Source: Balanoglossus misakiensis
Lineage: Eukaryota; Animalia; Hemichordata
Length of the DNA: 64,000 nucleotides
NCBI GenBank assembly: GCA_040954595.2
Contig: CM082584.2
Location: forward strand, 8,017,919-8,081,918
Reading direction: 5' to 3'
The position numbers and the translations under genes are program-made. How positions within the stretch are numbered: the first letter of the stretch is position 1; each line of letters begins with the position of its first letter. Below the pieces are notes generated by a model. That model was not told where the DNA came from and searched no databases. It worked only from the letters and a program-made list of their open reading frames with translations. Shown one piece after another: positions 26,101 to 38,721 of the stretch.

Positions 26101-29100
26101 GGAACCGAAGTAAAGTAACCATTATTTTAATGTTCACCGTTTAACACGTCCTGAAAAAGTATTCTTCAGGTTATATAATATATGTCGTAAAAGCGTGTTA
26201 ATGGATTTTCAGCTTCAGAACTATTTGATTTTCTATAAGTCTTAGCATTGGCACCACTTTCCATATGAGTACCCCGTCAATTCATCTGTCATTAAGGTTT
26301 CACGTCTTGCACGTTTGGTAGTATCATTTCTAAAGGGTGGATAAGTCTTAAGATACTTTCTTTATATTTCTTTAGACGTCCGAACCTTCAAAAGAAACTC
26401 GAGTGTACCTTCAAGATTTGATGTGCATCACTCGCAGAGAGTAATCTATAATAGCGAGAGCCAGGCTGTCGCCGTAGTCATGAAGTAACTGCCCCATGGA
26501 GCGGCCGCCGCGCCAGTCAGCTTGTACAACCTGTCATAAAGTCGCAATTTAATTTAATGTCCTTTTACCTGCACACCTGAATTGCCGCCCTGGATCACCC
26601 CGCTGGTCGAAGTTGCATTCATTGCGTTTTCATCACCATACTGGAGATGGCTTGCTTGTTAAAATATTCCAAAATTGATTACTTTATGCCATTAAATGTG
26701 TGTAGCGGACGTTTAACCTTGTGCTAATGGAACTGTGTAATTTTATTCTAATTTCGACTCGCCGATTTTGTTATTCGCCGAAACCAATTCAACGTCTTCT
26801 AGTTTGTTCAAGCACTAAAGCCACTATATACATGTAAATGTGTACACTTATTATTAACCTTTTGAACCAACCACCTGTCATCCCGATGCATGTCATAAAG
26901 GCGTATCATCTCAATACAGACATGATCGACTGATGTTGTTGCGATAAGCGAATACGTGAAATACAACGGGATGAATCACCCTTGCAAACTTACAAATACA
27001 ACCCTGAGATCAATCGACAGTGACATGCATACCTCAAATGATTGACCATCTGGGCTGTTTGCCTGTGAGCTTTGTATATATCCACTGACAAGTTTTCTCA
27101 GGATGTGAGCATAGGCAAATGGCTTCAGATAATAATCCCACCGGAGAATAGATCGATGGTGACAAGAATGCGTCAAAGCATGCGATGCTGTAGGCCAGCT
27201 TTGGACAAGTTAGTAGGTAATCTATAAGTTAGCATGCATTGCATTTCTCATGGTTATAATCTTAGAGCCCAGGACATAACCATGTAAATCTTGAAAAATG
27301 TGGGGTATACAGGTGATATATTGCCCGGGGACTCACTTTGGTAAATTTGAACTTTGCCATAGCAGATTTGCCGATGCTCACGGGCTTACAGAGTTATACA
27401 TTAGACACACGTGCTATTCGTCTGAAAAGAAAGTTTTGTTTTATTCCAGTGGAAAACATTTGCCCAAACCTCCATCAAAGGGCGCCCAAAATAATACATG
27501 TAGGCCTAACGACATATCAAATATGAACGTCGCACCAAATATAATAATTATGGCGGATAATTATTATGAGGCATTTATACTGTAACCTATTAAAGAAAAT
27601 TGTGTTTTTACGTGCAGTATAAAATCTTTGGACTCTATGAACTATAAGGCGCGTATTGAACCTATCATTGAAAAGATGCCTTTGAGCAACTATAGTCACA
27701 ACTCGAGTAATGTTTCTTTACCGAAGGTCGCGGATTTATAACGAGCTTCAGTGCATTAGAAATAATCAGGTTTGTTGGGCACGTTGAGCGGATCAAGGTA
27801 TTCGCCTTAATGGATACCCTCTGTCACATTTTCCAGTTGAATTGACAGTTCACCATGTAAATCATTATCAAGGGAATAATGCAACAAAAGGGTCATACTG
27901 GAGCGAGAAACGCTAATCATTCGTGCACTTGGCTTATAGACACTTACGCCAGATGCGCCTGGCTAACTAAATCTCGGTATTCCAAGTAATAATTATGAAA
28001 TTTTACCATCCAAGGGCATCGTCAAGGACAAGTGTTTCGTAATGTATCATCAAGTCTATTGTCAGTGTAACTTAAAATTGTTCGACTGGACCTGAAGTGA
28101 TGTTTTGTTACAGTTAAGAAGGCCGGAGGATATATTGCAACCACGTTAACCTCTGCGCATCTCTACCGAAGAACCATCTTCCTCATTCAGCAATTATTGT
28201 AGATCAGCCGTGCTGAACGTTTCTCGCTTAGCTTAATCGTCTTGTTGCATCTCACAAAGCGTCTTACATCAGTCTGAACATATTAACTATACACCACACA
28301 ACGTCCACTTCCCATCATGGCGCCACAAAGGCAATCAAGTAAAATGCACAGAGACATGCACGTGTCTTTATGTGTATTATATCAGCCAAATAGCGAGCAA
28401 CTCCCACTGTTCTCATTACAGGTATTTACATTTTGTTTATCCAAAGCAATACTCAAGCATGCCTGCAGGAGTCTGTTGTTAACAGTCACTGCGGTACCAT
28501 GGCAAAACCTTGGGACCAATTTTGCTGTTCATCATGACCATCACGTATTCTTGTTTATATCATAGAGGAATAATACATCATCGACCTTACGGTGTCTTTT
28601 TGATCCAATGCTTTGTTTTTCATTCTCCGCTCATCGATGAATCATCAATTGGTAGTTGTTTTCGCTTTTTTCAGTTCTATGGTGAATCGAATGATACATT
28701 TGACAATGAAATGGCACGATCGTTGGCATGACACGGCTACACACAATGTTTAATCAGTAAATAGGAACAAACTATGAAACTTGTAGTGTTTTAAACATCG
28801 ACCGTCTAAATACTGTGTAATAACTGAACTTTCACTTCCAAATGTTACCGTACTATTCCAATGATTGTACTGCCATAACTCATATATATATAGGTCGCTT
28901 AGTGTCGAAGTGGTTACAGTTTTATCACATCTGATGTCAGGGTGTCAGGAATCCCTCGGGATCGATCGACACAGGCAAAGGTATTTAGTATGCTGGAGTC
29001 ATTTTATTGGCCTTCTGCAAATCGTACTGCATATTCTTTCTTGCGCTGTACAACAATGAGAAGTCCATATGAGAAAAATGAAATGGAGTTCTACACTCCG

Positions 29101-31509
29101 CGCAGATTCTCTATAGCATTTCGTGCTGTACGTGGGTGTTTAATCAAAATGCCAAAATCGTCACCATTTTGCCCGGATGACATCAAAACTTAATAATATA
29201 TTTTGCAAAAAAACATGGCTGAATTTCCCGCCTGTCGAGCGTTAAATCCCTCGTAAATATGGAATCCTGTTGTCTGATAGACTTGGTTTGTAAACTCGTC
29301 CATCATTTCAAATATTAACTAGTTTGTGCCGTGACGCATCGGTAGCTGTTCTGGGTCACTGACTTACAAGGACTGCTCATGTGTTTATACACTATCAACA
29401 CAAAACCATCTTTGCCCTGTACATGTACTCGTAATACCGGTGCTTTTAAAACATGAAGTGGGCAAGGGCTGAAGAAACTTTGGTAAAATTATCTGCCCGC
29501 CAGCAGTGATTTTTTTCAGCACGTTTATACTTTAATGCCGATATGTGCACGATTATGGTGCAAGACTATACGCCCATTTTTCTCACTTCAACCAGATACA
29601 AGTTATATATCCATATATTTCCAAAATTACAAAATATGCCTTATTAGGGAATGATTAATCGAATAATTAATGATGGAAGACTTAAGCGTAAATATTATTT
29701 TACATGCACACGCGTGTATATTGTCATGAAATACCTGACATTACACGCGCGCTTGGTAGCCCAATGGTGTGGAGGGGCTCATGCTATGGGTTTACAGGTG
29801 ATTGAGAAAAATAGGCAATATCCCTGATTTTCAGGTACTGGGTTCCCGTGCATGATATGTCACTCACCCATTGAGGGGCGGAGACTAGGTCACATGTCAT
29901 ATGCGCATACAGGTATTGAGAAAAAAATAGGCAATATCCCTGATTTTCAGGTACTGGGTCCCCGTGCATGGTATGTCACTCACCCATTGAGGGGCGGAGA
30001 CTAGGTCACATGTCATATGCGCATATAGGCAACTCTTCCGACCTTCTGAGTCACTTCTGAGGTAGCCGTCTTGCAGCTAACAGCGTACTTCGTGTGCTCC
30101 TGATCCAATCTCTTGGCTACCCCTAGTTTGCGTTTATTTACGTTCAAATCCCTTCTATGCATCATTAGTACGCCTCTGTGAGGCTGGATTGCTAGATTGG
30201 TGGGCTTACGTAGCTATTTTTCCGGTGTTATTGCTTATTCTGTCCGTATGAGTCGGGACGGGTGTTCTGTCGCCCAAGCCCAGCTTTACAAGTGCGTGTT
30301 CTGCCCACGCACACGTCGAACGCTTCAGTGACAGTCGTCATCGGAAGCTCGTTCACGTTACCACACTGCAGATTTCTGTGGGAATTTCCCCAGAGTGCTT
30401 TATTAGTTGTTGAACCTGTAAAGTATTTGCAGTATTTTCCGAGATTTCGTGACAATATAGATTATTTATTTTTTTGGCGTTGAGACTTGTCATACAATTA
30501 TTGTTGCTGACAACATTGGGGGCCTTGTAAATTGATCCGTGTCGACAATGAAACCTAAGCAAGCATGTCTTGACGTCATGTGAATAATTTACAGGCAAAC
30601 TGTTTGTAAAAGAGTACGGCTTTATACCATGATAATAATATCATTTTATATCACACTACTTTCTTTTCCAACTCGGGAATTTTCTGAACCGTTTAATCTC
30701 TCCTCTGGGTGAGGTCATCTAACCTTTAGTGCCTAATCCAATGAAATCTCCTGGTGAACACATTTCCTCCGTGAACTTAATTTCCGGCGGTTCCGGTCGG
30801 CGGGCATTAAAGCATAGTCGAGCATGCGACGATTGAATACACAAAAAGCAGCGGACCATTCAGGTGGTCTCAGACTGGTTACCGCCATTTCTTATCAGAC
30901 ATTAATTTCTGATATACATATCTATAACAAACGAACACATGAACGAACCTATCTCCGTAAACTCTTATTATTCCTCGAACCATTGTCTGTTTGCAGGTCA
31001 CTTGCCGGTCACAGCACTTTACTGCATGTGCCTTCCTTGAATTATGTTTTCGAATATGGACAGTGTGATAACGACTTCAAGGACATGGATTCGACCGATG
31101 CATTTATAGATTTGAGACTATTAAAAACCAGTCGCGTTCCTAAATAATTCATCGACGTAAGATTTGAAAAATGGTTTTGTTGGAGTAAAAGCAATTTCTC
31201 AAATCGCCAGAGAGCCTTCAGTCACTGTCCAATTTCCGAGGCATTAATTGCTGTTTGTTTCCACGCTTCGTGATTTTGAAAGAAATCGAAATATGAGCAA
31301 TTAATATTTCAAGCACCAATATCACAAACTGCAATTCGTAGTCACAGAGGGAAGATTTAACAACGCCGAGTATCGCTACAAGTTCTGTGAAACCCATTTT
31401 AAAACAAACTATTTTTTATTATAACTGTCCTGTTTCATGCATGCTCTTCAGATGTTACAACTCTTCCTTTCTTAAATATGTTGTTGTTGTTGTTATTGTT
31501 GTTGTTGTT

Positions 31510-31543
<34 letters not shown>

Positions 31544-34433
31544 TGCATTTGGGGATGTATGGCAATTTGAACTTTAATATACCTTACAGTTCCACGTATC
31601 TTATCCTTTGCACGCTGTAGACAGTTTGCTTTGGCAAGAAATATATGGCGCTTTAGTCCCAGTCCGTCAAGACAAAGACCCGAAACGATAGTCATCAAAC
31701 TTTAAGTCTTTATACGAGATGTTATTGGTTCGTGTCATTTAAAAGGTACATAATGCATAAAAGCGGCGTATTTGCCTTTTAAAAGTAAATTTTGTCCTAT
31801 TATATGCCAAGCGCTCTCACAATACGTATTAAATGTTACCATTAAAATAATGACTTGGAAATCTGACAGCTGAAGCATTTTATGTATTTATGTATTTTAG
31901 CACGTCCGCTAGTCATCTTTTTCGAGGAGACGGGAGCTTTAAGGTCTTGCACGGTAATTGTGCGTTACGAGAATTCCCGAACAATTTTAACAAATAATGT
32001 CCACTGATGACAGACAGTGTGACGACACGCGCGTTTTTGACAGATGTGGCAACTCAGTCCTGCCCACGGCGTATCCCATAGCAACCTGCCACGGCAATCG
32101 TGAAACGAAACCCGGGTCAATATGTCAAGCTTGAGTGAGAAATTTCGTATTCACATCAGCCGTTCACATATACACCTTACCGAAGTTGAGACTGCCGTGT
32201 CGTCTCCCATGGTGAAGTCGGAAATATATTTAATCAAAGCAAACGTGGCCAGTGTGTCTGTCGATTGAATCTTCATCCAATATAGACAGACAAGATGCAT
32301 TTTGTGCCACTACAGGAAGGGAAAACAGATAGCGTTTAAGTAATGACAGCGCGTATATATGACGTCATTCAGTGAGTTGCCAGTGAGATGAGGTGATAGG
32401 ATATAATCGAGTGTGTTAACGTCAAATCAGAATGTCGAGATTGCGTTTAATCGACACAAATGGATTGGCTGTTTGTAGATCGGTATTGACCTTAAATTGG
32501 AAACCAATTAGCGATTAGGCAAATTCGACTTTATGACAGGGTTTATCGCAATTTCACTTAACGTAATGCCTCAATCCTTAGGAACGCAAAATGAATAAAA
32601 TTAATTTACGATTTCAATAACCGAGACATTGACTGCCTCGTCGCGCATCAGTGCAGTCAAAAAGATCGCAGTAATCAAGCAGCCTTAACCAACAGTTAAT
32701 TATAGCCACGTGCGATACGAAACCAATACAAAAGGGGACGTCGGCAAAGTAAGGTCGACCATGATCGTATGTCTTGATTGACGAGAATTACTGCATTGAT
32801 TTCTGTGCCTTTCGCTGTATAATTTTCGAAAATCAGTGGCTCACATCGAATTAAACCCAAAAAGTAATTTCTTGAAATTTTCCCTTCGTTTCTCTCTTCT
32901 CGTTGACCATACTTGCATGAGACATAAGCGTCATACCGACATACGACTGTCCGTCGCGGATCACTCGAGCATGCTGTACACGCTTGGTTTACTAATCTCT
33001 ACGGGTAACAAAGCACCTGCGTTTCCCTGATTTCGTTTGTAAAGAAATTACTCGGAGGGTCTCGCAATCATATTTTCCGGGCCATGGATCACACAGATGT
33101 TGAGTGACGTGGAAAATGTTAGCGGAAATGTCTCAATTGCAGCGGACGCGCGCAATCACATTTTGACGACACTGTGTGTGTCCACGAGATGTTCTATCCA
33201 CGTACTTCCCTTCCCCTTCTCTCTCTCTCTCCTAACCAGGTATATTGTCATAGTCCACCCACTCCTCGCCAAAGTGTTCATTACACCCGGACGAGCGAGA
33301 AGAGTTATAATCATACTGTGGTTGGTGGCTGTGATATATAGTTTCCCACCTTTGTACTACAAGGTATTTAAGTCTTGCATTTTCTCTCATATTTTGCTAA
33401 AGGCCTCACTTGAAACCAAGACGTCGTTCATGGAAGTCTCCGTTATTGCCGGTCTGTTGCGCCATCAGCGACGAACATATACGTCAACTCAGCATTTGTT
33501 TTTTTCACAGGAGCACGTCAGGCGCAGCTTCGCAAATCACCCGGTGTTCTACACCTGCAGCAATGCCGAAGACGAAGTGCTCGGCAAGGCCTACTCGCTG
33601 TACCTGTTGCTGGGCATGTACCTGGTCCCCCTCTTCGTCATCATCTTCTGTTACACCCGCATCATCTACGAGCTGTGGATCACCACGAGGCAGTTCACGG
33701 AAATCAACGACAGAGAGAGACGAGCGAGAAGCGGGCGTCAACCGTCCCGCACCAGCCCGCTGCTGTCACAGTGGAGGTGCAGCCAGCCCAGTGGTTTGGA
33801 CATTGTCGTCGCCATGGACGGCGTGGACGAGGCGGACGTCACGGAGAAAGGTCAACGCGCCGATTTGAAAGCAAACGGCGTACTGATCAGCCGACAGTTA
33901 CAGAGTAGAAAACAGGTACATGTAGGTTGTATGTCTGTCTGTACATGTATACACACTTTTTCGAAAATGACATTAAGTCACCTCTATCTCTCTCTTCCTT
34001 CCTCCCTCCCTCTTTCTCCCTCTCTCGCCAGGTGATCAGAATGCTGATAGTAGCAGTTTCTCTATTCATGGTTTGCTGGGGTCCAGTACTGTGGCTGAAG
34101 TTCGCCATTGAGTTCGACTACATTGAGAGATACAGCGCGACAAGAACGTACTTGAGCATCACCTTCAACTTGCTGTCCTACCTGAACAGCTGCATGAACC
34201 CGATCTGCTACGCCTTCATCTCGCGCACCTTCAGAGAGAGTTTCTACTGGGCAATAACGTCTGGCTGCTCGGACTCGCCACCGAGCGGAGCTGTCACCAC
34301 GCACTTGGCCACAAGCAGGGCGGCGTCAACGCTGTACCGCCCGGCATCGCTGCAAAAAATACGGAATTCGGTAATCTCGGCGACGCCCGACGGGAGCCCA
34401 ACTGCGCCGAAGCGCAGCTCGTCTGGACCATGA
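23173..34433 (+). CDS. Class A peptide GPCR, tandem copy 3, 451 aa; exons 23173-23597, 33240-33363, 33511-33915, 34032-34433
   Basis: Exons of 425+124+405+402 nt = 452 codons including the stop. Same intron positions and phases and same 7TM motifs as copy 2; all junctions GT-AG. Confidence 0.93.
29722..30454. mobile_element. 733-bp TG...CA element with 4-bp ATAT target-site duplication (probable Gypsy-type solo LTR), copy A, in GPCR copy 3 intron 1
   Basis: Termini TGTCATGAAAT...ATTTCGTGACA (11-bp imperfect inverted repeat). ATAT at 29718-29721 and 30455-30458. A highly similar second copy lies at 60753-61477 with unrelated flanks. Internal ~116-bp tandem duplication at about 29793-30025. 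No transposase or RT ORF. Confidence 0.85.
31480..31543. repeat. (GTT)n trinucleotide microsatellite
   Basis: About 20 GTT units with two ATT interruptions; explains the spurious poly-V and poly-N ORFs. Confidence 0.95.
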
Positions 34434-37400
34434 TCAGACAGGTCCATTCACTGTACAGTGTATGTTTATAGTAAGACCATAAGACCCCTTTCTGCTTGGG
34501 ATGGCCCAGTTGTCAGTTGAGCAGCGCCAACACTCATTCAGAAATGGACAACGCGTTGGAATTGACTATGCTGCTTAATCACTTGGAATACTGCGAAATA
34601 AGTCTTGCAGCAATGTGTCTACGTGTTTGGCACACAAATAAATTATTGTCTCTGAGGCAAAATCCGCTAACTGTCTCGGTATATATATACACCAAACATG
34701 TGTGGACTGAACGGGTTGGATTAGAGTAAAATCAAATTGATCAAATGTGGCCTGTCGGTGTATGATATAATTTTGTCAGTCGCAGTAAGTGTGTTGTGTA
34801 ATAAAATTTTCCAGTCCCAGATCGCATTAAAAACACAAACGTGCAATTCCTGAAGGTACATTGACCCGACACGTTCAACGACCTCGTTAATCGATATATG
34901 TCTACCAAAAAACGCGTGTACCACAGGAGAAAACTGAACGAAATGTAAGACAGTCGTGTATATCATATTCTAGATGCCAGGTGATAGGCCAGTACGGATG
35001 TCAAACGTCTGTTTAATGTGCTGAACACCAGTCTGGGGGAAAATAAAGGTCTTAGATGATGGCTTGCATTTCAGACAGAAATTGCCTGTACTATTCAATT
35101 CAGGAGGCCTGGAATTTAATAACTTTAAGGAAGCTACTTTTTAAGAGATACGATTCCGTGCCGGCGGGCATTCCATTTCGAAATTAAACGCAGTCACGGA
35201 CGTGGTAATTCAAGCAAGGAATCATTGCATTACCAGCCGTGTAATTGGGAAGACGCGTCCATGCATCATGCACTACCGTCTGCCGCGTTCCTTATCAGAT
35301 TAAACAGCCATTGGTGTTTGAACGCAGAGGTACTCTTGAATATTGCTATAATTGCGCGATGCCTACACGGCCGGGAAGGTCGATGTGAGTGGTCGCGCGG
35401 TTCAGTGATGTCTGTCTCGACGCGTGCCTACTTGGGAATAATTGACAGTCCGACTGAAAAGGCTGTCAGGTATGCAGATGTGTATAGTTCCATTACTAAT
35501 GCAGTTGTCACCGAATGGAGCTGCCCATGTAATCATCATAACGTCATTACGTAAATTCATTAAATATGTAAATTAGCAGTTAACTGGACACCGCTGAATG
35601 TATGACAACATTCAGATGTCCGTGAGGTAAATACGTGCACTCTTGAATGCATCACTGTTCAATATCAGACTTCCGCGAGCTCAATATCCAGCCAGTTAGA
35701 TCTAATTTGGTGCATTAGCGTCGGCAATGATACCAATATTTACATAAGTACATCAATTAGCAGCAAATTGGTAATTAACACGACACACACGCATATTATG
35801 TTCTTTAAATATAGACGGGAATGATGAATATGCTATTGACGCCATTTCTCCCACAAATGTTGCCGCGGGGGTCGTTTGTTACCTTTGTGTAATTAGCGGG
35901 ATCTTATCACAATGGCCACCATGGCGATGTGTGACACGTGACGTGCGTACGTGTGATGAGCAGATGTGCAATACTGTATGGAGACTTGCTAAAACGAATT
36001 TAATCAGTATGCGGGGGTACCGACGAAAAATGGTTCCCGGCTCGCTTAATATCGAGTTCATACTGACTTGGAATTAGTTTGGAACTCACATTTTGTTCAT
36101 GGAAGCTGCTGATACAAGTGTCCGTCTGGCCAGACACGAAAGTACAAAGCCTGCAAATTTATCATTCTCGGTCAAGGTACAAATACATCTACATGTAGAT
36201 TCAGTGCATTGGTTGTGCAGATCACGTATCCGTCGTCAAGTGTCAGTTAAAATGAAAATAGGGAAAGACCGCGCAAGCCAGAGGTCAACAAGCATTGAAC
36301 TCTCGCCGTGATGACGCTTCTGAACGAGTCCTTTCTCAGTGATGAGCCGCTTATGATGCCGTGCAACTTTGACTGTCCTCGAATTTATTGAGGCACAAAA
36401 TCATGTCTGGCAAGTAAACAAGCGAACTAACCACACACAGATCCCTTAGCACAGACGTTGGACGGCCTTTACATGGTGCATGCGCGTATCCACGGCAACC
36501 GTAGCGGCTCATTGACGAGGACAGATGGAGTATCAAATTTCACAATTGAATTCCCACTTCTCTGTCGGGAAAATTACTTTTCGAGATGGAAATAAATAAA
36601 TAAAGGGAGATGAAATATCCCTTGTACTTCAACTTTGACATTTGTATTATTCTGTACACGTACGTTTCAATATTGAGTTTGCATTTCCGTTTCTATGACA
36701 GCCAGAACTTCCCAGACGCCTGTGTCTTACGCGAAGTTTTATTAATGCTGGAGAAATACATTGTAAGGATACAATGTTTTATCGCTAGTCCGTATATCGT
36801 TTAATCATCACAGTCTTTTCCTTGACCAACTATATGGTTTGTCTATAGTCCAGGGTAGGATCGACAACTCATACCATACCAACTTGAATATTTTTGTAAA
36901 CGTGACCGCTTGCAAAAAAAATCAGTCATTCCGGGCGATCTCCGCGATAGAAACCGTATCTCGGTCAAGCAGACTGATGTGTACCGCCCCTCATAATTTC
37001 AAAGCACTCACCCCTACTAGAGCAATTTGGTCGATCCCGTTCTTAATTATGAAAGCCGCGGCGGGCGACGCGAAAGGTGACAACACAGAGAGTCAACGGC
37101 CGCCGCAGCACGCCACGGATCACCAGACTCCGATGATGAAAATAGATTGGATACAGTATCTCCACAGATCAGCATGTTTTGAACGGTTGTTGACACAGCC
37201 ATCGCACGAACATTAAGTGAACCTATGACGGTAGGTGGAATTTATGAACACTGTATAAACCAGTAAACTGTGACGTTTTATCCCGCTTATAATTTCTCAC
37301 TCATTTCGCGCAGAGTTCGAGTCAATAACCTATTAACTTAATCGGCGAATTGTAACCAGCGCCAGGTTTTATGATTTGGTCGTTATTTTTAGCACCCGAT

Positions 37401-38355
37401 TCATAATTGCGCGCATAAACGAATGTTCGATGTGCAGTTAGCAGATGTTATCCGTTTCGACTAGACAACAGTCATATACGACTCGACGGAAAATTCTCGA
37501 AACACGACGCGAGACCAGCAGGGTTGTTTGCTGCATGTAGGCTATACGAATTCACTCTATATACATGTAATTGACGTGTCTATCGAGCGAGATCTTATCG
37601 GGGTTGCCACGCAACTAGTATTCAGAAGCAGGCGGAGAGACACCAAAAACGATTGCCATTCACCTATTGATGTTCGACTGCACTGCAGTGTCTGATCGAT
37701 TCTCATATCTGAATATGATGCAAGCAGCAGGGATCGAGAATACACAGTCGCACATCTTTAGCGAAGGACATCGCTTGGTAATGTCTTTTGTTTGCGCAGT
37801 ACCAGCAAGAAATTATTCGTATTGCTAATTAGACCGCATCCCTCATGTATGTTTGATTGATACAGGTCTGACGGCCAAACTCGGATTGCAAGGTTTAGAG
37901 CTTGAAAATACGCCAGACAACGTAGATATTATTAGATGACCAAGGGCGAAGCTGGCAAGCTGTTTACCTGGAAAAGATCCGCTCACGGAATAGAAAATTA
38001 TCACAGCCTCGTCAGTTGGGACCAAGTTCAGCCACGAAGGCGTCAACGATAACTCAGACGTTGAAAAGTACGCTGAATGGATGGCTATTACTCGCGGCGT
38101 CAAAGCAGTCTGCTCGGGGAATAGTCGTACGGTCGGCTGAAAGACCCAAGTTCCCTTGACGTCACAGCCTCGCTCCCGCATTAACAGTCAGTCAATGGAT
38201 CGAAACGGCCGCAAGCCAACCCACTTCCATGGCTTCGACTGATTTTAACGAGATTCCCGGTTTCTGTGTATTTCCATGTGATGAACTTCGCGTCGAGTAC
38301 ATACATACGACCGAGATAAATCTGTGACCTGTTTCGCGTTGGTTTGACTTTAGCC

Positions 38356-38721
38356 ATGGCTTACGACATCCTGAACCAAACGGTGACGGGCATGATAGCG
38401 TCTGACCGAAACAGTTCCCTCAATGCCACGGGCGGCAACGGCACCGTCGTGGAGTTCATCTTGCCCAACAGGACGGCCGTGCCTGCATACCAGGACCAGG
38501 ACACGGAACAGGCGCTGCTCTACATTGTGGCCGTGCTCATGTTCTACGCCTTCAGTCTGACGCTGCTGATGATCAAGTACATCAAGGGCGAGCGGGAAGA
38601 CCAGAAGCTGTCGTACTACTACCAGGCGTTTGTCAAGAGGGACGATTTCTTGCAGGCCGCGCGCAAGGCGTCGGTGATGCAGATGGCGCGCAAGAAGACC
38701 TCCACCGTCACTTACGTCTGA
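38356..38721 (+). CDS. 121-aa single-pass membrane protein, KCNE (MinK/MiRP)-like
   Basis: Strong Kozak context GCCATGG at 38353-38359. GC3-rich codon usage against AT-rich flanks; intronless. No signal peptide, five N-X-S/T sequons before one TM helix (ALLYIVAVLMFYAFSLTLLMIKYIK), C-terminal T-Y-V. AATAAA at 39276-39281. Coding status is well supported; the family call rests on manual alignment. Confidence 0.75.
   Translation: MAYDILNQTVTGMIASDRNSSLNATGGNGTVVEFILPNRTAVPAYQDQDTEQALLYIVAVLMFYAFSLTLLMIKYIKGEREDQKLSYYYQAFVKRDDFLQAARKASVMQMARKKTSTVTYV

Noticed and set aside
31387-31698. Poly-Val and poly-Asn ORFs
   Set aside because: Translation of the (GTT)n microsatellite.
33097-34035. 312-aa ORF as a standalone gene
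   Set aside because: It is exons 2-3 of GPCR copy 3 plus read-through intron sequence and lacks TM1-3 and TM6-7.
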